A stretch of DNA of 63,094 bases, counting the filler, from Reticulomyxa filosa (Eukaryota; Protista; Foraminifera), in NCBI GenBank assembly GCA_000512085.1. It is 21 parts of 21 records of this genome, joined end to end, with 100 filler letters (N's around TTAATTAATTAA, not from the genome) between each part and the next. Parts side by side here need not be neighbours in the genome. Positions count along the whole stretch, not along the records: positions 49,216 to 52,322 come from ASPP01025322.1; positions 52,423 to 56,076 come from ASPP01009669.1; positions 56,177 to 57,176 come from ASPP01033254.1; positions 57,277 to 60,154 come from ASPP01019301.1; positions 60,255 to 63,094 come from ASPP01028477.1; 16 more parts are not named here. One strand, given 5' to 3'. Numbering within the stretch: position 1 is the first letter of the stretch; the number at the start of each line of letters is the position of its first letter. Shown one piece after another: positions 50,500 to 63,094 of the stretch. The translations under genes were made by a program, and so were the position numbers. The notes below the pieces were generated by a model that saw only the letters and a list, made by a program, of their open reading frames with translations, ran no database searches and was not told where the DNA came from.

Positions 50500-51175
50500 C
50501 ATTCAATCCGTCATCATGTTGTTCTCTCCCCAACGACTTGCAACAAAGGCAGTCACAGCAAAGACATCAGAGAATGTGTTGTGTTGGGAGTGGTTGGATG
50601 GCCGCACGATTGCTTTTGTGACAGACGACACAACTTATCACTGGAGTGTAGAGAGTGACACGACACCAGAAAAGAAAGTTGAAACTTGTCACGTGCAAAT
50701 TATCAACTACGATCCCAGCAAAAACAGCAACTGGCTGTTCTTACAAGGAATTGCAAAAAATGCAAAAACGCAGAAAATGGAAAGTGTGTTGCAATTGTAT
50801 AACACGCAACACAAACACTATCAATCAAAAAAGAACGCATACGGAGAATATTTTGTGGAAGTCATTTTGAGTGGACATCCACCTTGTTCTGCTTCACTAG
50901 ATCTGATGGAGTTGAGTTTTTTGTTTGAGATGTGGGGAGAAATAAAAAAAAAGGATAGTGAGAAAGAAGGTTTTGGATCAGGATGTAAAATCTTGTGTTT
51001 TTTTTTTTTTTTTTAAACTTTTAAAAAAAATCATTTAAGCGGAAGTGATCTAAGTATTATACGTGTTTGTTTTTTTTTTTTTTACGATAGACCACAATGA
51101 AGGCCGATCCTACACGTGTTGCTGACTATGTTGGATGTTTAAACAATTACGATGGAATAGTACAAATTGCACAAA
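50500..51175 (+). pseudogene. CLTC: Clathrin heavy chain remnant
   Basis: WEWLDGRTIAFVTDDTTYHWS, QIINY and WLFLQGI..LQLY (N-terminal propeller); TTMKADPTRVADYVGCLNNYD (cf. [21 protein letters not shown]); deletions between segments. Confidence 0.8.
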
Positions 51176-52670
51176 GAAGGATTTTTTGATTTACAAAAAA
51201 AAATGAAAGAAAGAATTGGATGCTGCTGAATAGTTGTTTTAACGTGCTCCAGAGAAGCTCCATTTTGCTGATCCACATATCAAAGGAACCATCCCCCCCT
51301 CCCCTCTTTTTTTACGCACGCAGCACATATGGTATTACATGCAAATGATATACGTATTTTCCAGTGTACACATGCATGTGTGTTTTTTTCTATTCGTCTG
51401 AGATAAATTTCTTTAAAGACAAAAAAAAAATGATTGTGATATATTTTGGTTTGACTTGAATGAAAACAGCAAGTGTTTGAACACTTTTGCCGCACACACG
51501 TAATTACAAATGCGTATGTACGTATGATTGGTTCATAACGTATATTAGTATATCGACTTCTGGAGGCTGGAGAACAATAACAATGACATCTAAAATTTAT
51601 CGAAACGAAATGTAAATTATTGTATTCGATTAGAAATCATAATTGCGGTGTCAAAAAGTGAACCATTTATTGAAAGCAAAGAAAATGCTGAAGTTGGTGA
51701 AGAAATTTATTTTTTAATATTTATTAATTTAAAATTAAAAATTAAAAAATTTAAATTTTAAATAATAAACAAACCAAGAAAAAAACAAAACAAAAAAAAC
51801 AAAACATAACATCAAATAACAATTTCAGGAATCTTGAACACGGAATACGACGCCCAACTATATCAAAGCAAACAAAGGTCGCAATGTATGATCGTGTGAA
51901 GTGGTGATTGCAAAGAAAATTAGAAATGGACAAAGATGTAGACAAAACTCTGGTAAGCGAAGCGTCGCGCTTTGACGGCCGTGTTTTTTGGTGTTGTCAC
52001 GTTGGCCACTTTATCGTATCGCGAGCACTTCCACAGTCAAGTGGCTGCTCGCACGTTAAAAATCGCAGACCTTAATGGGGATGCAATGCAGCCCCAAACG
52101 CATAAATATCTATTGACACAAGCCACATGGCTGGCAATAGATAAATTGCGTACATTGGAGTCGTCTTCATCTTCACTTGTCCACATCAGTGGACATCTTT
52201 CCTTGCAGGACTGGTGGCAATCGACTCCAGGTTGATGCACACGGCATCAAATCGTTGGTCTACGGGCGTGCCGACAACACATAATCTAGTGAGGAGCCCC
52301 CTTTGCATGACAGGAGACAGGANNNNNNNNNNNNNNNNNNNNNNNNNNNNNNNNNNNNNNNNNNNNTTAATTAATTAANNNNNNNNNNNNNNNNNNNNNN
52401 NNNNNNNNNNNNNNNNNNNNNNTATATATATATATATGTATATACATATATGATATTACAACAATCTAAACAACATAAAAATTAGAGTGGCTAACTGTCG
52501 GAAGACAACAATGGCTGATCGAATTGTGTGTTGATGAGCGTCTCCCAATGGGCTTTGTTGCGAAGCGATGTAATGGAGGCGTTGGACATGGAATGATGTG
52601 ATTTGGTTTGACGGGGCGATTTCGATCGACTTTCCAATTCAGCCAAAGCCATTTTTTGAGAGCTGTTCCG

Positions 52671-52709
<39 letters not shown>

Positions 52710-52992
52710 AACAATAACAACAACAAAACTAATGACCCTCTTTTTTTTTTTGATGAGACTAATGAGGAGAGAAGGGAGAGGGCATAGTGCCGTGGGTCCA
52801 TGATTTGTTATGTGACATCCTCAACATGGAAAATTGATTGAATTGAGAAATGAGAAAGAGGATTTGAGTCTGACAAGTAGTTAAGAAAGATTGGAACAAG
52901 CGAAGCAACGTGTCTTTTTCTTTTAAAGTCCTAAGAATTTCATTTTTTAATTTGAAAATTTCTATGTATTGTATGTATATGCATATACAATA

Positions 52993-53383
52993 TTATGTAT
53001 GGTATATAATATATATATATATACACATATGTATATGTGTGTACATAAATATGTATAAATACATATGTACATAAATACAATACATGTGCAAACCATGAGT
53101 GAAGTGACTATTGGAATGAAAGTGCTGACACAAGCGATCGAAATGGTGGAACAAAAGCGCGGAGGAATTGGATTGCAGTTGCAGAATGACGCGTTTCCAG
53201 TGTTGAAATTGCGCGGATAGTTGTGTTTGAATGAGGTTCCAATCGCAATCCTTGTTGGACATATCGTCAGGCCATTGAATGAACGAAAAACGATCCAAAG
53301 GGTCGTTCCACGTAAGCAAAAGTGTATTATCGCCTTGCGTTTGTGTTTCAGCATTATGTTGTTGTTTATTATTATTGTTATTA

Positions 53384-53442
<59 letters not shown>

Positions 53443-54558
53443 GTTCTTATTATTATTATTGTCATTGTTATTAATAATAGGAGTACTTGGCTGTTGCTCG
53501 ACAATGGTTTGTGTCGCCACAGTGTGTGCATGCAGTCGTTTGTGCTGTTCGATGTATAGTACATGTCTTCGATACTGCCATTGCAACAGGTCGATGGTGT
53601 CTTGCAAGGACTCATTAGTGGTTTTCAAATTCAAGACTTCGTTTTCCAACGTGTGAAACCAATGGTAAGACCAGCGTTTCAACGTTTGTTTTTTCACGAC
53701 CTGTTTGTCATTGGCATTGGTATTGCCATTGTCATTGTCTCGTAGCAGCGACGATAGTTTGGTTCCCAATTTGCTCCACAAATACTCCTCTTCTTCTTCT
53801 TTCTTTTTTTCTTTGTGTTCAACATTTAAAATGGCGCTAATGTCGTCCGGGAACAGCACTTGGTAGATCTCCGTCAATCGCTTGGCATATTTTTCTAACC
53901 TCGCGCGGTAGTGCGCAATACACTCGTTTTTGTTGCTTAGTGACGCCTCCAGTGACTCGATTTTTTCGCGCGCTAACGTATACAATAATATATTCTCTTG
54001 TGTGTCCCCGCTCCTCTTCCTTCTCTTCTTCTTCTTCTTCTTCATCATCATCATCATCATCGTCATCTTTTTCATCTTCATTATCTTCCATTGCTCTTTG
54101 TTGCTCATCATGTCTGTTATTCTTCTCTTTTCTTCTTCATCCCTTGGATGCTTGTTCAATATTGCATACAACTCTTTTCGTACTGCCTCTTCTTCTTTTT
54201 CTTCTTCTTCTTCTTCTTCTTCTTCATCGTCGTTGTCATCGTTGTCGTCATTGTCTTCCTCTTCCTCGTCTTCTTCGTCTTGCTCCTCTTTTTCTTCTAG
54301 GATTCTACCCTCTTTCTTTTTGATTGGGGGGAGCGCCTTGTTCCAGATCCGAGCCTCACCTCTCACCGCGGACTTTTTCTTATAATCAATCACTTTTCCT
54401 GTCCTTCCTTGTTTCTCTGTCGTCTCCTCGTTCACTCTAAGTTTCAATTCGCTTGTCTCGGCACGCTTCCGATGCGATGACACATCCATATACTGACGTC
54501 CACTGTGCAAACCTTCTTGATTTGATACATTACGCCTGCGTCCTAATTCCTGTGACAT
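52993..54558 (-). CDS. Acidic, poly-Asn coiled-coil protein
   Basis: Long ORF with E/D and (AAT)n runs; the 3' end runs into a (TA)n intron near 53080. Confidence 0.65.
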
Positions 54559-55104
54559 ATACAAAGTCAATCTTTGCAGAAAGATAGCAAGTTTTTTTAA
54601 TATCTTTTTTAAAAAAACACTGCTATGGATTTTCTTTTTTTTATTGGTTTGTTTTGTTTTTAATCGGAACTGATTTAATACAATATTTCTTTTTCACCAA
54701 GCATTTAAAAGAAAGCTTTTTAAACGAAAGATATTTTGAACCTTTGCCTTTAACTTTGGATCATAATTCATTTTCAAAAAAAAGAGAGCCGACCTAAATC
54801 AATTTTGATTTTAAAGCATTTATTTCTATTATTCTAAATAACATTTGTCCTATTAGAGAATGCAGCAAGACGAGTATAATATTTCGGGCATCGTTTGGCT
54901 GCAACTAATTTTTTGCGCTTCACAAGTGTACGAAACGTTTACTATCGTTCCAGAGACCCAGACATAATTGTAGGTTTTTTTAAAATTGCGTGAGCGTGGA
55001 TGGTAATAGTGTTCATTACAATAATCATTTGAAGTTTGTGTGAAGCATTTTTGATCGTCAGAGCAGTCTCAATTTTTATCTTTTGACAGACGTAATAATA
55101 GATC

Positions 55105-56025
55105 ATGGCCCAGGTGAAAGGAGGAAGTGGCCAACATGTGCAAAATGCAAGACAAAGCCAAGGCCAAGCCCAAGCTCAAGTCCAAGCTCAAGGCCAAAGC
55201 AACACAAATCAAATGTTGGATCCAAATCATGGCGGAGCAAAAGGGAGTGGTGACAATGAAGCAGCCAAATCATCCAACAATGCAGATAAGAAGCGAACAT
55301 TGCGCTATTCAAGCGAGCGCGTGATTGGCAGTGGGACATTTGGCGTGGTATACAAAGCAGTTTCACTAACAACAAATGAGGTTGTCGCCATTAAGAAAGT
55401 CAAAGAAGATCGACGATACAAAGTTTTGGAATGACTTAATTCTGTGTGTTATATTTTGTAAAAGAAAACAAACACTTTTTTCCAAAAGGGGCACAAAGGG
55501 GGGGGGAGGGGGACAATTCATCTATAAAAAAAAAGCGAACTTTTTTTTTTTACTTTAAAAAAAAAAAAAAAATTAAACCTATGATTAAAGAATCGGGAAT
55601 TGGAAATAATGAAAGAAGTCAAACACCCCAATGTCGTCCAATTAAGAGATTGTTTTTACTCAAGAGTTATGTCTGTTTTTCTTCTCTCTTTCTCCTCTCC
55701 TCGCCTTCTTCTTTTATCTGCCACACTCTTACATCCTTTTTAGTCAAATGTAGTATACGTGGTTAACAAAAGGAGGAAAAAAAAAAAAGAATACGATTTT
55801 TTTTTTTTTTGTGTGTTGTTGAGGGGGTCTTTATTCTATCACTGGCCCTCAATATTCTTTCTTCTCCACGAGGGAAAAAAATAGTGTTTGCTTTGTATAA
55901 TTTGTCTTTAGATCAATCAAGATATTTTCCTAAACCTGGTAATGGAATATGTGCCTGAAACACTGTATGTGACAATCCAGAACCATGCAAAAGCAGGACA
56001 AACCATTCCCTTTGTTTTGACAAAA
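55105..56025 (+). CDS. GSK3: Glycogen synthase kinase-3/shaggy-like kinase, 5' exons
   Basis: YSSERVIGSGTFGVVY..VAIKKVKEDRRYK | NRELEIMK..HPNVVQL | LNLVMEYVPETLY; exons at about 55105-55423, 55591-55665 and 55912-56025. Confidence 0.93.
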
Positions 56026-56035
56026 GTTAGAGCGC

Positions 56036-56076
<41 letters not shown>

Positions 56077-56176
56077 NNNNNNNNNNNNNNNNNNNNNNNN
56101 NNNNNNNNNNNNNNNNNNNNTTAATTAATTAANNNNNNNNNNNNNNNNNNNNNNNNNNNNNNNNNNNNNNNNNNNN

Positions 56177-57166
56177 TTGTCATTGTCATTGTCATTGTCA
56201 TTATCATTGTCATTGTCATTTTCATTGTTATTGTTATTGGTGTTACGTAGGCGGGACGAGAGAAAAGACAAGAGTTGGGGCGAGTCGTAATCTTGATCCA
56301 AATGGGTCAAGACTCGATATCCCCATCCATACACCATCCCAGTTTTAGATAACGCCAATCCATGCAAGCTGCTGCACGCCACCTGGTCGATATAACACTT
56401 GGTCAAGGAGTGCAGCAGGAATGGCGTGGTGCTGGTGACAGTGGCACGGCCCAAGCCAAAGGACGGAGGATATTCCGTTTCTCCCCACACAAACACCCAA
56501 TTGTTGTTACTTATCCCAAAGCTGTGACTGCCATCTTTCGCACAACAAATGCTCTGAAAATTCTTATCTGTCAATGTCTTGTGTGCCAATGGATGCGTCC
56601 TGCCACTTTCGTCTGCAAACATCTGTAGTTGTTATGTTTCATGATTCTTTTATTATTATTATTATTATAATTTTTTTTCATAAACAAAACAAAAAATAAA
56701 CTCTTTCGGGGTGCGGAATACCCCATACAAACACTGTGGGACAAGTGTCAGTGATTCGTTTTTTATCCGTCTTGGACTCTTCATCAATGTTTAGGTTCGG
56801 GGTCGATACGGAACTCGTCAGTTTATTGAACGAGAAGCGATCCAATGCTGCCATTGGCGACTCCACCGGATCCGATGCACTGTCAAGATGTGTCGTTGTG
56901 GCCGCACGTGTAAGCATGGTCTTTGGCATGGACGTCAATGGCAGTGTTCGTGTTGATGTTGATATTGATGTTGGTGTTTGTGTTTGTGTTTGTATTTGTG
57001 TTTGTATTGATGTTGATACCGGTGTTGATGGTGGCGTTGCGAAATACGATTCCGTGCTCTTTTTTTTTGTGACAGTGGCTTGGTCATAATGGCCGAACGT
57101 GGCAAAACGTGACACTGGTGGTTGTTTTATTGTCACTGGCGTCTGAGCGGTCGATAGCGACGACAT
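56177..57166 (-). CDS. RCC1-repeat protein (partial)
   Basis: VFVWG, HSFGISNNNWVFVWG and QVACSSLHGLALSKTGMVYGWG; intron at about 56625-56701. Confidence 0.8.
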
Positions 57167-57564
57167 AGCGTTGACGNNNNNNNNNNNNNNNNNNNNNNNN
57201 NNNNNNNNNNNNNNNNNNNNTTAATTAATTAANNNNNNNNNNNNNNNNNNNNNNNNNNNNNNNNNNNNNNNNNNNNTGCTAAAAGGCTTTGTTTTTCAAA
57301 TATCTTTTCATTTATAATTACCAACTCAAAAAATTGAAAGTAAAAATAATTTTGTAAAAAAATTTTTTAAAAAAGCTGAATTTGCAAAGGAAGAATGAAA
57401 AAATAAATATTGTTTTTGCGAGTTCTAAAACTATTGAATCTGAACTTAGGTATTAGAGCTCTAGTTTTAATGTAATACTGATTCATTGATTTTTTGATCA
57501 ATTTAGCCTTCTGTATGCAAATTCCCTTTGATCAAGCATTTGAATCGCTATTTGAAATTGAAAA

Positions 57565-57801
57565 ATGTTTTCTCTAATGGAAAAAGGCAAAGACTTGAAA
57601 GATAACATCATATACGCAGTGAAGCAAATCAACAAAGCCAGATTTTATCACATTGGCAAGGATTCGCGAAAAGATATTTTGCAAAACATGAAGAAGGAGA
57701 TCAACATTCAAAAACAGCTCAATCATCCAAACATCGTCCAGCTGTACGAAGTATACAAAGATCGTAACTTTTTGTATTTGGTTATGGACTATTTATTCGG
57801 G
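57565..57801 (+). pseudogene. CaMK/CDPK-like kinase fragment (subdomains II-V)
   Basis: YAVKQINK...EINIQKQLNHPNIVQLYEVY.D...LYLVMDY; no Gly loop upstream and no downstream kinase exons on the contig. Confidence 0.7.
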
Positions 57802-58639
57802 TAAAAAAAAAGATCTATTTTTTAAAAAAATTATGATTTTTCTCTCTTTTCGACTACTCCCTTTTTTTTTTTTTTTGTGATAAAAGGGTATCCTCCCTCC
57901 CCCCCAAAAAAAAAGGTGGTACATTATTGAAAAAAAAAAGAAACTTCCAAAACCCATGCGAATTTAAACAAGTTGTTGCTCGTCTATTTGTATTACATAT
58001 GGACCCCCTTTTTTCGAAAAAAAAAATCACCAATGAAACAAGAGGAAAGACATTCTGTTCCCATCCACGTCTTTCCTTCTTTGAACAATCTTAACGAGCT
58101 TCATATCTTTCGACAGCTTTTATCTATGCAATGTTTAAAAAAAGTTCCGAGCGACTTGAAGTCATTACATAACTTTCTGAAAAATGCAAAGGATCATCAA
58201 ATTTCTGAAATTGAAGAAAATTTAGAAATGAAATAAAAGTGTTAGAGTGAATGATTTTGTTAGCTCAAGCATTGAGTGTTTTTGAATTTCTTGTTTTGAA
58301 TATGAAGCATTCTACAAGAGCAACACTTGTGCAAACTGCCTAATGAAAATCGTGTCTCTTCTTTGAGTATCTGATGGCTGGCTTGGAATTTCAATTTGAG
58401 AGTTGTTGCTTAAACACTGTTTTCGTGTGCTTCTTTTTCCCAAATTGTTGACAATTTCATTTACTTTTTTTTTTTGTCCATTGTTAAAAAAATCCAAAAA
58501 AAAATTATTAGTTGCAATGTAGTATTCTTAAACGTATTTTTGTACAAAGCGTTAAGCTTTCAACGTTCAATTTTAGACAAGAATCAAAGTTACCCTTGGA
58601 TCATGAATATTTTATTCAATAAAACTTACTTTTTTTTTG

Positions 58640-60154
58640 TATTTGAAACGCCATTGGGTGAACTTTTGCAACAATGGCGCAGCCAGAGGAGGAGTTGGAG
58701 GAGCAGTGTAGCAGGTGGTGCGAATGCAAATATGGGTAGAAGTGGTCGATCAGGACAAGTATTGGATAAATTGAGAGAATTTGAAATGAAATTAATTGAA
58801 AGTCAAGATGAATCATTATTATCTGGTATTACATTGGATCTTGTACAAGGTGTACAAGAATGTATTGTTTATGCATTAGAAAAAAGTTGGAAAACATTAC
58901 AAGCATTATCAAATGGTAATAATAATAATATTGATGAAATTGAACAAAAAAAAAAAGCCAATGTTTTAAAAAGTTTGTGTGAAGACAGAGCATTAAATGA
59001 AATACAAAATTGCTTAAAACAATGGAAAGAACAAATTCAAACAGTATTAAGAAGATCTGGAATATCTGATCTTTCAACAGTTCGTAAACAAATACGATTT
59101 TGGGAAGGAAAAAAAGCAGCAATTATAATTTATGCATTAAAATTAAAATTAAATAAATCAATATTTTGGGTAACTACATTTTAAACATTAGATGTAGAAG
59201 ATGCACAAAAAGAAGTAGATTTATATTATGGTGTGTTAAGTGCATTTCCATTACAAATATTTAAATATTTGGATACACAAAATTATACAGTAGGTAGAGA
59301 TAGTGGACGTGATATTATAGCAGAAAAATTATTAGAAATATTATCAAAAGATGTTGTAATGTTTATAAAATATTCAAAAGCACAAGAAACAGATAGTGTA
59401 TTTCAACATAAATATAGTAGTAAAGTACAAACAGAAATGCGTCAACAAAGACAACATGCAGCATGGAATTTACGTGAATTAATAGGTTTAGAAAAAAGAG
59501 TAGAAGCAATCCAAAAAATTAGAGAATTAGAAAAAGTAGTATATCCTTCATTTTCATCATCATTATCATCAGATAAACAATTATTAGAAGAAGCAAAAAA
59601 TAAAGTAATTGAAATATTTCGTACACAAGATGTATTAAGATGTTTATATTCACAATGGAAACAATGTGATCCAAGAAAAATGTTTCGTGTATGTGAGACA
59701 TTTAATAAATTAGATAAAATTCATACCACAGTATGGGGTTCTCAACAAGAATTAATAACTAATGTAGAAAAAGAAGTAAAAGATTTACAAGAAAGATATC
59801 GTAAAAGATATATATCTGTACCTTCTGTATCTGATCAAGTTATATGGTTAAAACAATTAAAAAGACAATTAGATACACATGAAAAACTTGTAATTGAAAA
59901 ATGGCAAGAAAGATATAATACAGGACAATTAATAGCACGTTTTGAAACTAAATTAGATCCTAAACTTATTATAGAACAATGGGTAACAGAAGCTAATTCT
60001 TTACCACAATTTGATACTGAATCGTTTATTTCTAGTGCAGGTAAAGGTATTTCTGGTACACATATGTCATTAAAAATTAATTTTGATGATAAATATGTTA
60101 CTTTATTTAAAGAAATGAGAAGATTAACTGCATTAGGTATTCATATTCATAAAG
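58640..60154 (+). pseudogene. DYNC1H1: Cytoplasmic dynein heavy chain tail (DHC_N1) fragment, internally deleted
   Basis: LNEIQNCLKQWKEQIQTV, QIRFW, FPL, MFRVCETFNKL, VPSVSDQVIWLKQLKRQL and LKINFDDKYVTLFKEMRRL follow dynein-1 tail motifs in order; in-frame TAA at 59182. Confidence 0.8.
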
Positions 60155-60254
60155 NNNNNNNNNNNNNNNNNNNNNNNNNNNNNNNNNNNNNNNNNNNNTT
60201 AATTAATTAANNNNNNNNNNNNNNNNNNNNNNNNNNNNNNNNNNNNNNNNNNNN

Positions 60255-63094
60255 AGCAAAGATCAGATATGAGTAATGGGAAATGATGGAATGGAACGTA
60301 TGTAAAATCGCTTCAATGGTTGCAATAGACAATTCATTACACAATAACAGCGTCATAGACACAATGACATCTCGTAGAATACTTTGTTGCTCTGAAGTAT
60401 GTTTATGCTCCAAAAAGCAGTTTCGAACCAAATCCATTACATATTCGCGCATGGCTTTCGCAGAATACTCATCGTCAATTAAGTTTTGTCTCAAGACTTT
60501 CACCAATGAATCCAAGTTAGTTTGTAGCGAGTCAAAATGGGTGCAAAGCTGAAGTTGACACCACTTGTGAATGCAATGACTAAAAGGGAAAAAATTTTCA
60601 AAATTGTTTTGAAGAACACACAATTGAGGGTCAATTGCATCTAAAAGCAAACGGCTGGTATTAATACTTGGCGGCTTTATTTCGATCAATTTTCGATTTT
60701 TTAATGCTTTTTCAAACAATCTTGCGTACCACTGAAATCCATCTTTCTTTTCTTTTTGCTTGCTTTCAACATATTTCTTTTAATTTTTTTGTTTCAATAA
60801 ATATTTATATGTGTATATATTATTATATGTGCATATAACATAAAAGTTTTACAAAACTGCAAAACCACCGTTTTGATAAATGGCAAAAAACACATTGACG
60901 AAAGTCAAAACTAACAAAGTGTCAATATTGTTTTGACGCTTTTCAAAAAAAGATCCCTCCATTTTTTTTTCACCATTCCCCACTTCCTGCAAAATTTCAT
61001 CCATGAGCCGTGTTTCTGTAACTTTGTGCAAGAGTCCCTTCGATCTCTCTACAAGTATGTTTCTACATTCTTCAAACTCTTCGTCATTGAACAGTAGCTT
61101 CAATAACTTTTTTTCTTTCAGAGTGTTGAAAGAGTGTGGAAAGTGCAATCTTCCAAATGCCCGATGAGCACATTTGGAAAAGTTCTATATGTAACAACCA
61201 AATTTTTCTGTTTTTATCGTACATATCATTGATTAGTCCTAAACAAACAAAAATAAACAAATTTGAATTGAAAGATTAGCTTGTTTGGCTTGTCTATCAA
61301 TTACATCCGTCAAGGTTTTTTCAAATCTTCTTGCAATGACATAGAATTTGTCAGCAATAAATAGTCCACGTAAACAATCTTCCACTTCCTTTTTTTTTCC
61401 GAACAAACAAACAAAAAGATACAATAAACCACAGACTCCAATTTTCAAAGTGACTCTTTTTTTAACTGTCGAAATATTAAAGGAAATGATAATTCTCTAT
61501 CAACGTGAATAAGCAAAACGATCAATTTCTTTTTTTCACTGTTATTTAGGGCACTATAAAACAGATGATGTTTGACCTGGAGAATATGTATTACTTGTTC
61601 CAATTGATCCGTGGTGGTAGACGTATAACGATATTGAAAGATAAGCACATCATTCGATATTTGGCTATTGAAAAATTCTTCGATTGCTTGTTCAAATTCG
61701 CTCATTTTTTTGAATGACACAATTTTTTTTGTACGATGAAGCCACTCTATTGGAACATTGCACTCTATATCACTCGTAATTACCATTAGCATTTGATTGT
61801 TGGATTTCTTCTGCTGATCTTCCACAGACTCTCCCTTTTTTTTTGTTTGTATCAACAAAAGGGATCGTGATGAGAAATATTTTTAAAAAACGTGTAAACT
61901 TACCAATGAATAAAATTTTATATCTTCGTCAATCTTCATTTTGACACTTCTTCTGGTCGACACAATGGGAGAAACAAATCTAATAACTGTGGTCTCAATT
62001 CCTTGTCGTCAAATTTAACGGCATCCAATGTTATATTTGTTGTTTGAATTTGTTCCTTTTTTTCATCGTCCTTGCTTTCTTTTGTTTTCATTGCTTTTCG
62101 TATACCCAAATACAGTAATGCTGAAGACATAGTATCAGCACCATACCCACAAAATACTTCAGTTGGAGGTTTCTTTGCAAAATATTCCGATAAAATATTT
62201 AGTGCGTGAACATATTCTTTGAGATGTTTTGGTAATGAATCACGATAAGAAATGAATTGTTTCTCAAAACGACTGAGAAATGCAATCTTTTCATTGGTTT
62301 TTATGTTTGTAAAAGTAAAGTATTTTTTGACAAAAAAATATTTTTTTTTAAAAAACAAGTCAACTGGCATATCTCGACTGTGGGCTTCCTTTTGCTGAAC
62401 AATGACAACACATTTGAAATTTTTATGAACATGGCAATCTCTGCTTTCATTTCCTAGTGCCACTCGGCAATACACGTTTTCTTTTTATTATTTTATTTTA
62501 TTTTTTAAAAATGATTATTTATTTATTTATTTTAAAATGATTTTGACATTAAAAAAAAGTTGACACAGCACCTGAAGATTTTTTTTCGTATCTCTGATTC
62601 AACATTTCGTATAAACTTTCGTAAATGTCTTCCAAATTGCTTAAAATAACAGTTTTCCCAGTGTCCATGTGATCAATAATGTTATTTAATTGATTGTAGT
62701 TGCTAATGTTCGAACAGGTGTCGTTTTCGAAATAACTTCCAAATAAAAACACGTGATCGTAATTCAGAATATTGCATTCCAAAAGCAGTTGCCAAGAATA
62801 ATGATTTTCGCTTATAATCATGCAATGCCTAGTGACCATCAGATCATGTGATACTTGTGTGAATTTCTTCTCCATTAAATTTCTTTGTACACATATGACA
62901 GGGGTCAATGTTTCGAATTCTCGAGAAATTTCGCTTTCTGTTTGGCCAAATTCTTTTACTAAAATCTTGCGTAATTGCTTTCTAGATTTGCTTGGATCAA
63001 GCCCACCAAAGTTGCGAAGATATCCTTGCAATGATTTTTTTTGAGATTCGGCGAGAGTAGCTTGATGCTTGATCAACGCATAAAAATCACGTGC
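60255..63094 (-). CDS. RNF213: RNF213/mysterin-like giant AAA+ ATPase, internal exons
   Basis: LRNFGG, RHCMIISEN, FLFGSYFEND, MDTGKTVILSNLEDIYESLYEMLNQRY, YCRVALG...CHVHKNFKCVVI, AFLSRFEKQ and VFCGY match the RNF213 second AAA region in order. Confidence 0.85.

Noticed and set aside
59182-59184. Stop-codon reassignment (TAA = Gln)
   Set aside because: Single instance; TAA and TAG end other genes normally (MOB1, WD40, PP1)

Overview
This window is not contiguous DNA. It holds 21 short contigs joined by an artificial N44-TTAATTAATTAA-N44 linker, so gene neighbourhood across linkers carries no information. Twenty contigs come from an AT-rich, intron-rich eukaryote. Short (TA)n/poly-A/poly-T introns, TRAF-type Zn-finger, WD40 and Kelch genes and a characteristic 'HW...GWIDDF..II.RY' header point to a foraminiferan/rhizarian such as Reticulomyxa (inference). 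One contig (4502-5868) is high-GC bacterial DNA. Recognisable genes or fragments: RPN2, TRRAP/Tra1-like, PP1, MOB1, PGDH, MetRS, GSK3, RCC1-repeat, Kelch, WD40, a 7TM receptor, clathrin and cytoplasmic dynein remnants, an RNF213-like AAA+ protein and decayed non-LTR retrotransposons. The best candidate for an undescribed system is an apparently complete multi-exon gene (14299-17760, minus). It encodes a RelA/SpoT small-alarmone-synthetase-like nucleotidyltransferase domain between ankyrin-like repeats, and the C-terminal repeats are encoded one per phase-0 exon. Other immunity/effector-like candidates are a TRAF-Zn-finger fused to a PD-(D/E)xK nuclease-like domain and the RNF213-like gene. All assignments come from motif recognition by eye; no searches were run.
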